Source: an uncultured virus (IMG/VR IMGVR_UViG_2061766007_000697)
Lineage: Duplodnaviria; Heunggongvirae; Uroviricota; Caudoviricetes
Length of the DNA: 64,000 nucleotides
Virus record (IMG/VR): IMGVR_UViG_2061766007_000697
Direction: 5' to 3' (one strand)
Below, in pieces: positions 57,332-64,000 of the stretch (positions within the stretch are counted from its first letter, which is position 1; every line of letters starts with the position of its first letter). The translations under genes and the position numbers were made by a program. The notes under the pieces are model-generated. The model saw only the letters and a list, made by a program, of their open reading frames with translations. It had not been told where the DNA came from and did no database searches.

Positions 57332-57862
57332 CAATGCCCACAACAAAACTAACGGCTGATCAGATCCAAGCCAAGATCAAAGATCTGAACAGAAAGCACA
57401 ATCAACGAATTAAGCGGCTGAAAGCACAGTATGAGAAAGCCGTCCTTCAAGAGGAAGCTGCTCGTACTGATGCTCAGGACGCTGATATCCTCGCAGTTTA
57501 CAACAATATAAAGCATCGGGATGATTGGGAGGAGGGTGAGCGTGCCTGGATCTGGCATGATTTCCTCGGCGAAGTAAACTATGTTCCCATCGAGGGTATC
57601 CACGAAGAGAACGGTAAGAAAATCGGTGCAACCTTGTGGGGACCTGGTTGGTCTCATTATCAGATCGATACCGAGTGTTTCGACACATGCATCGAGGCTT
57701 GTGCGGACTGGTACGTAAAGCTCAAGAACTTCAAGCCCAAAACAAAGAATGAGCGTCCTCCAGTTCCAATTGGTATGACTCGCGAGAAAATGCTGAAGCA
57801 TATTCGAAAATGGTTCTACGAGGAGTATCCAAAATACAAACAAGCTAGAAAGGAAACAAATA

Positions 57863-58510
57863 ATGAGCAAAAAACTCAAAGAAAATAATCACTTGATTCT
57901 GCTCGATAAGGGTCGTGCGCGCACTTGCGAAGTCATCGTTACAGCAGTTGTACGTAAGAACGGAAAACAATTTGCCAAGCTACAACTTGCACATCCAGAA
58001 CAGTCCCAAGGGGGCCTTGCGTTTGGTTATGCAAAAATTGCACCGTTCTATGTAGACCCGAACACAGAATATCCGGCAGAGTTATTATTCGAAAAACCTG
58101 TCGAGGCTTATCACTATTTGCTGTCTTTTTATAAGAAACAATATAAAGAACAACTTGAAGCTATCCGGTCTACAGAGTTTTATATGGATCGGACACGCAA
58201 TGCTATCACAGAGTTGGAAGCATCGAACGTTCTAAAGTATAAGATAGGTTCTCGTGTCTGGGCGATTGTTAGGATCGACTCTGGGGAGCTTGATGTGGCA
58301 AAGGAGAGAATAGATCGCATCAATCCAGATGATTTATCTGCACCCTATCACTACAAGGATGATTGTCATAGAGGATGGCTTAGTCCTGCTGATGTTTTTG
58401 ATGCGCGGGTCGATGCTGTAAAAGAGCTTCAGAGAAGGTTGCGTGAGCATTGCGAGCGGCGCTGTACAGAGCTCGTGGTACCGGATGACTACGAAGAGGA
58501 TGACGAGTGA
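57863..58510 (+). CDS. Tandem SH3/KOW-like family protein
   Basis: LFEKPVEA and KYKIGSRVWAI...VFDARVDA units. Confidence 0.55.
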   Translation: MSKKLKENNHLILLDKGRARTCEVIVTAVVRKNGKQFAKLQLAHPEQSQGGLAFGYAKIAPFYVDPNTEYPAELLFEKPVEAYHYLLSFYKKQYKEQLEAIRSTEFYMDRTRNAITELEASNVLKYKIGSRVWAIVRIDSGELDVAKERIDRINPDDLSAPYHYKDDCHRGWLSPADVFDARVDAVKELQRRLREHCERRCTELVVPDDYEEDDE

Positions 58511-58604
58511 TCGCCAAAGATAACAATCCAACCTGCCCCCGGCGTAGCAAACCGGGGCTTTCTTTTAGGCTACAATAATAGCAACCAATAACAAGGAGGT
58601 TAAT

Positions 58605-59546
58605 ATGGATTTCGCATGGGCTGTGGAAGCACTGCGACGCGGTCTCAAGGTCACACGGGAAGCATGGGAGGGTGATCCGCCGATGCACCTGTACAGGGTG
58701 ACAGAGAAGCCGGACGGCAAGTACATTATCAAGATGCACATAGGCACTGGCCAGGACTTCGAGTGGACTCCTACAGCAGAGCAGATGCTCACTGTGGACG
58801 ACTGGGAGGAATATGTGGAGCCAAAGAAGAAGCCTATGTTCGGTAACACCAAGCTGACATTCGATGAGAATGGACAGCCACACATGGGCGACACCATGAC
58901 CGTCGAGGAGTGTCAGAAGGTACACAGCGGCGAGAAGCATACATTCAAGGATCTGTGCGATGACTATCTGGAGCAGCAGAAGGGCAAGGTTCAGATCAAC
59001 GAGCTGCCCTTCATTACGACACTGGAGCAGCATGGTGGTGAGCCTGTCTGTGAGTCCTATCCCGCGCTTGAGAAGGTTTGGACCACGTTCTACGACCTGG
59101 ATATCCAGATTACAGGCACAATGGTGAACAAGGAGGACTATCCGTACACGTTGTGTGAGCGTGATGTGCTGGAACAGCATGGTAATAAGGTCGTGGTGCT
59201 TGCAGAGCCTGGTTTTTCACAGCGCACAGTCACACTGACGCTTGATGAAGACTGCTGGGATAATGCGAGATCCGTATCAGCTGATCTGGTGCACAGGGTC
59301 GCCACCAGGTATGGCTGGAACATGGAGTTCTTTATCAGTCTTCTCAAGAGCGTTGATACTACTAAGGGCAATTACAACAAGGAGTGTCACGGTGCTGGCA
59401 GCGCCACATTGGGCCAGCAGTTCGCCGAGGACATGGAGTATTGGGCGCAGGAAAACGCCAAGGTCATGCACAGGCTGCATTACATCATAAATCAGTATAT
59501 CAGCATAGTGCGAGATAGCGTAAGCTATGGTACGGATCATGACTGA
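58605..59546 (+). CDS. DUF2829 / Tad2-like N-terminal domain fused to an unknown domain
   Basis: MDFAWAVEALRRGLKVTREAW...MHLY...WTPTAEQMLTVDDWEEY. Confidence 0.75.
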   Translation: MDFAWAVEALRRGLKVTREAWEGDPPMHLYRVTEKPDGKYIIKMHIGTGQDFEWTPTAEQMLTVDDWEEYVEPKKKPMFGNTKLTFDENGQPHMGDTMTVEECQKVHSGEKHTFKDLCDDYLEQQKGKVQINELPFITTLEQHGGEPVCESYPALEKVWTTFYDLDIQITGTMVNKEDYPYTLCERDVLEQHGNKVVVLAEPGFSQRTVTLTLDEDCWDNARSVSADLVHRVATRYGWNMEFFISLLKSVDTTKGNYNKECHGAGSATLGQQFAEDMEYWAQENAKVMHRLHYIINQYISIVRDSVSYGTDHD

Positions 59547-59734
59547 GAATGNNNNNNNNNNNNNNNNNNNNNNNNNNNCGGACACCCGCTGTCCAAAGAG
59601 GGCACTAACCATGTGTGATGCTTTTAATTGATGATAACAAAGCCCCGACAGTAAACATCGGGGCTCTTTTTATTTTACACATAGGTTATTTAAGATTAGT
59701 TATACTATAACAGAAAATCCTTCAGGAGACTCTT

Positions 59735-60290
59735 ATGAAATATACAGACCTTTACAAGCAGCTTATCAAGAAAGCAGAAGAGCAGGAACCAGAAGAGACC
59801 AAAGCCACCGAAACTCAGACAGAGGTTAAGGAAGAAGCCGCTACCAACGATACCGAGACAGATGACTCAAGTAATGCCGTGATCGATATGCTGCGCAAGA
59901 TACTGGCTGACGAGGTTGTCTCGTATTATGCCTACTTTGCAGGTGCCAAGAACATCCGTGGCGAGAATTGGATGGATGTCAAGCAGGAATTTGAACAGCA
60001 TGCAGAAGATGAGCGCGGACACTTTGAGGCTATCTTCGGTCGCCTCTATCAGCTTGGATATAACTGCCAGGATATGCTTAAGGATGTCCAGAGCAACTGT
60101 GGCTACNNNNNNNNNNNNNNNNNNNNNNNNNATGAAGCGGAGAAGAAAGCTGTAGAGGCTTATGAGAAGCTGCTGACTTATATTGCAGAACAAGAGCCTG
60201 GTAAGAAAGACTTCGTTACGCAGCGCCTCGCAAAGCAGCATCTGGAAACAGAGCAGGACCACCTGCAGGATATGGAACGGCTGGTANNNN
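59735..60290 (+). CDS. Ferritin-like (bacterioferritin/DPSL) protein with an acidic N-terminal extension (end lies in the N-gap)
   Basis: LADE...Y..Y, EQHAEDERGH, EAEKKAVEAY, ETEQDH di-iron ligands. Confidence 0.85.
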
Positions 60291-60313
60291 NNNNNNNNNN
60301 NNNNNNNNNNNCC

Positions 60314-61430
60314 ATGTCTCCAGAGGAAAAGAAACTTAGACGCTTAGCCAAGCCCTATTATGTAGAGCATGGCAATAACTCATGGGATCATATACAGCAG
60401 GTCTATAACAACGCCAATGCTATGACACAGCAAATATATGCTCGTCCGCTTACTTTGTCTGAGAAAGCAGCTATCTTCTTTCACGATTCGGCGGTTAAAT
60501 CCATGGGGCGCAAGAATCATGGGCAGAATGCAAGAGACTTAGCTGTTCCTATTCTGCTTAGTACGGGTTACTTTGATCAGAAGCAGCTTGATGATATCGN
60601 NNNNNNNNNATACGTTGGATAATAAAGGTGGGCCATTTACATCCACAACTGGAGAGGTGTTGGCATCGGCTGACACAGAGCCACCGGATATTCCTTGGAT
60701 GCTTAATAAGATGTATGGGTGGCATATAAAGAATACGCCAAACAAAGCAGACTGGAAACAGGGCATCTATGATTCAGTAAAAGAGTACTTTGGGCCTGAT
60801 GTCAACGCACTGCAGCCTCCTCTGTATAATCAGTTTCATAAAGACCGTCGCAGGATCATGAAGGAGAAATTGAATTCATATAGTGCAGATGAGCTTTGGG
60901 ATATCGTAACCAAATACAGAAAGAGACACAGAATAGGTGAAGATGAGATCAAGTATCCCAATACCACGCTGATGAAGGCAGCTAAGCTCTTGTATCATGG
61001 CTCTCCAACTTATATGGATGTTATATCTGCCAGTAAAACGAAAGCAGTACATGGAGCTGATGGCCATGTATTTATGACACCAGATAAATTGTTAGCGTCA
61101 TGCTTTTTGTTAAATAAGCAACGTGTCATGGATAGACTAGAAAAGCAATTTGGTAAACGCGTAACTAGTAGCACTGTCGGTTATGACGTTTGGAACATGA
61201 CACCAGAGGAACGAGCAAAAGTCAAAGCTATTAAAGTGCTGGTTAAAGATGTTCCTGGAATAAAGCCATTTGTCATTAAACAACGTGGTTACATATATAG
61301 CGCAGATGTTCCAGAAGATAGGATATCTCAATATATGGNNNNNNNNNNNNNNNNNNNNNNNNNNNNNNNNNNNNNNNNNNNNNNNNNNNNNNNNNNNNNN
61401 NNNNNNNNNNNNNNNNAGTCTGCCGAATAA
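60314..61430 (+). CDS. HD-domain protein with a C-terminal ADP-ribosyltransferase-like domain (gapped)
   Basis: WDHIQQV, AIFFHDS, NHG (HD); LYHGS...VFMTPD..LA...GYIY (ART-like). Confidence 0.6.
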
Positions 61431-62617
61431 GCCCTGAAAAAGGGCTTTATTTTTGCTTAATTTTAGGCATAAATAGGGCATATTATCATGGTAGAGGATA
61501 AACCACAACCAAGAAAGGAGCCCTTACCATGGAAAAGCCCGCAAACGCAATCACCACAACCATCACCACCAGAACCTATCGTGCCTACGGTGACAGCATC
61601 ATCCCAGAAGAGCACAAGAAAACCGTCTATATCCTCCAGGAAGACTGGAAATACTTCAAGAAAGGAGACCGCATCATCTGGACCGATGCTCAGTATGGTG
61701 TCGGTGGCCGCATAGACGGTTACTGGGGGTTCGCTCCCGAAAGTGCCGACGATGACGAGGACGATGACTATGATCCTTATGAGCTTTGTCAGCACGGTTG
61801 GGAACACTAATAATAGGTGCCCCACCCTTTTTCAACCAAGAAAGGAAATATCACCATGAACAACAAACCTACAATTGAAATCAACGGCGAGGGCAAAGAT
61901 GTCGTAGCCAGAATCGAAGCCGACTATCCGGAGCGCCACACTATGCGAATCGGTAGTTTCGTCCGTATACAAAACGATTGCAAATGCTACGATGGAGTAG
62001 TTATTGCAATCTGGCAACAAGGCTTCACCATCGGCTGGTTAGACCAGCACAATGACAGACAANNNNNNNNNNNNNNNNNNNNNNGGAGATACAACCATGC
62101 ACATCATCTTCAACCTTGAAAAATCGATTTATCGCTCCAAAAACTGGGTTGCCTTTTTCAAAAGAAACCCGACAAAATTAAATGCCAGAATCATCTCGGT
62201 TCTGTCAAACAAAAATCAAGTCATAGGCTTCGATGTCTGTGACTTAATCGAAAGCTTAAAGGTTAATCACGGAGGGTAATCATTCTGATGTATCCACCTT
62301 TAACAAATGAGATAATCAATGAACAACCAAAATTCTAGGTTCAAGCATGAAAAATAATAAACGTTTCATGAAGCTTTATTTTCGCATCAAATTTGCAGCA
62401 ACGCCACAGAAAGCACTCGAGTTGTTTAATCATGCTTTACCGTATTATACAGGTACGCGTATGCTTAAACTTCCGGAAAAACAGTCGTACTGGTCGCCGC
62501 TTCGACGGCATGTGAAGGCGCGCTATCGTAAGCGCGTTAGCAGACCTGATCAGCGACGTTATATCGAGATGCTTGGATTTACCAAATACATACTCTAGAG
62601 CATAGGAGGCACTATAA

Positions 62618-62658
62618 AGGGCGCTGCCGAAAGGTGGCGCCCATGTCTTTTTCTTTTA
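62618..62658 (+). terminator. Intrinsic terminator
   Basis: GGGCGCTGCC-GAAA-GGTGGCGCCC followed by a T-rich tail. Confidence 0.7.
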
Positions 62659-62803
62659 CTCTACAGCCAGATCTACATTAATAGTANNNNNNNNNNNNNN
62701 NNNNNNNNNNNNNNNNNNNNNNNNNNNNNNNNNNNNNNNNNNNNNNNNNNNNNNNNNNNNNNNNNNNNNNNNNNNNNNNNNNNNNNNNNNNNNNNNNNNN
62801 NTA

Positions 62804-64000
62804 TATCCACGCACTATGGAGGAAGTGGTCTACTGGTGCCTTTGGCTCTATGAGCGCAATGCTAAGTATAGATCGGCTATACAGAAGACCGTTAACTACT
62901 TTATCTCTGGTCTTAATGTCACATCCACTAATACCAAAGAAGAGGATTCCGACACAGACGATATCGAGAATTTTAAAGACGAACTAGACCGTACTTATAA
63001 TGTTCTGGAACTCGTGCAGCATTATGGTATCGAGCTAGCTGCTATGGGAAATGTCTTTGTTTCATGCGAGCGCGTGTTCTCAAGGCTTCTTCTCTGCCCC
63101 GATTGCAGCTGGAGCATGGCTCTAAAACAGCTCAGAAAGAACCGTGATTATAAATGGACTGGCAAGTCTTTTGAAGGCGAATGCCCACAGTGTCGTAAGC
63201 ACGTCACTTTTAAAATAAAGGATGTACCGTCTCAGGATCAGGATGGCAAAAAGCTGAGATTCGTATTTAGATCCATTCGTGATATGGTGGTCCAGTATAA
63301 TCAGCTTACTGGCACCTACCAGTATTTCTATAAGATGCCAAGCCATATCAAGGATGCGATTCAGCGTGGTGATCAGGTTTATCTCGTTAACACGCCACAG
63401 GTTTTTCTTGATGCTGCCAATACAGATAATCTTATAGAGTTTCCTGAAGATATGTTCTGGAGTGACAGAACGCACACGTTGGTAGGCTGCGAAAAGTTGA
63501 TGCGTGGCTTCGGCGCTCCGATTTTCCTGCCTAGTCTGGATACTCTTATCAGGCTGCAGTTCTATTCTCGTTTTAATGAAACGATTGCGATGGACTATAT
63601 TGCTCCTACTCGTATTATCAGCCCAGAGTCTGCGAATTTGAAAGCCGGTGTTGATGATCCTAACAGGATGCCTATGAGCGGTGCAGCTTTCAGAGGTTTT
63701 ATGCAGCAGTCGCTTAGACAGGTTAAATCGAATCCTAGTACGTGGATCATAAGTCCTGTTCCTGTGCAATATCAAATGGTCGGTGGAGACGGGCAGCAGC
63801 TTACACCGGTTGATCTTATGGAGTTTGAATATAATCAGTTCCTTGCCGAGTGTGCTATTCCACAAGAGTTCAAGCAGACGAATTTCCAGGTAGTTGCGCC
63901 TTCTATGGGACTTCGAATGTTTGAGCGTCAGTGGGTTACATTTACTAAGTCACTTCATAAGTTTACGAATTGGGTTGGTAGCAAGGTTGCTGACATCGAC
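62804..64000 (+). CDS. Probable portal protein (start in the N-gap, runs off the window end; absent from the ORF track)
   Basis: Open frame of at least 395 codons (YPRTMEEVVYWCLWLYERN...GNVFVS...CPDC...CPQC...GAP...AMDYIAP.R...GLRMFERQW), resembling large-phage portal proteins. Confidence 0.6.

Noticed and set aside
63122..63865. 247-aa minus-strand ORF, and many similar ones such as 58380-59180
   Set aside because: These are antisense shadows of better-supported + strand genes.
1..64000. Stop-codon reassignment
   Set aside because: Conserved genes translate intact in the standard code, and TAA, TGA and TAG all end plausible genes.

Overview
This window looks like part of a large, probably jumbo, tailed-phage genome. 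Genes are densely packed and almost all on the + strand. Many N-gaps break reading frames, so several CDS limits are approximate. Recognisable genes cover nucleotide metabolism (thyX, nrdD split by a group I intron carrying an HNH endonuclease, nrdG, dut) and transcription (a sigma70-family factor and a stand-alone RNAP alpha-CTD). Repair genes include a LigD-phosphoesterase/DNA-ligase fusion, an Rnl2 RNA ligase, a Pnkp-like kinase-phosphatase, an RlaP-like nucleotidyltransferase and a pyrimidine-dimer glycosylase. Auxiliary or counter-defence candidates are nadA, DUF2829/Tad2-like proteins, a CapV-like patatin, a ferritin-like protein and an HD+ART-like protein. Structural genes include a tail-fibre cluster, a LysM-lysozyme and the start of a probable portal gene. 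A GxPLP-TM-basic sorting signal and the sigma sequence hint at a PVC (Lentisphaerae-like) host, which is inference. The most striking unexplained element is an ORF-poor ~1 kb region (37253-38350). It starts right after a recurrent GGCATAATAnAATG promoter-like motif and consists of tandem long closed stem-loops plus two CCA-terminated tRNA-like RNAs, one with a ~116-nt D-loop. A second structured non-coding locus lies at 49560-50160. All family assignments come from motif recognition by eye; no database searches were run.
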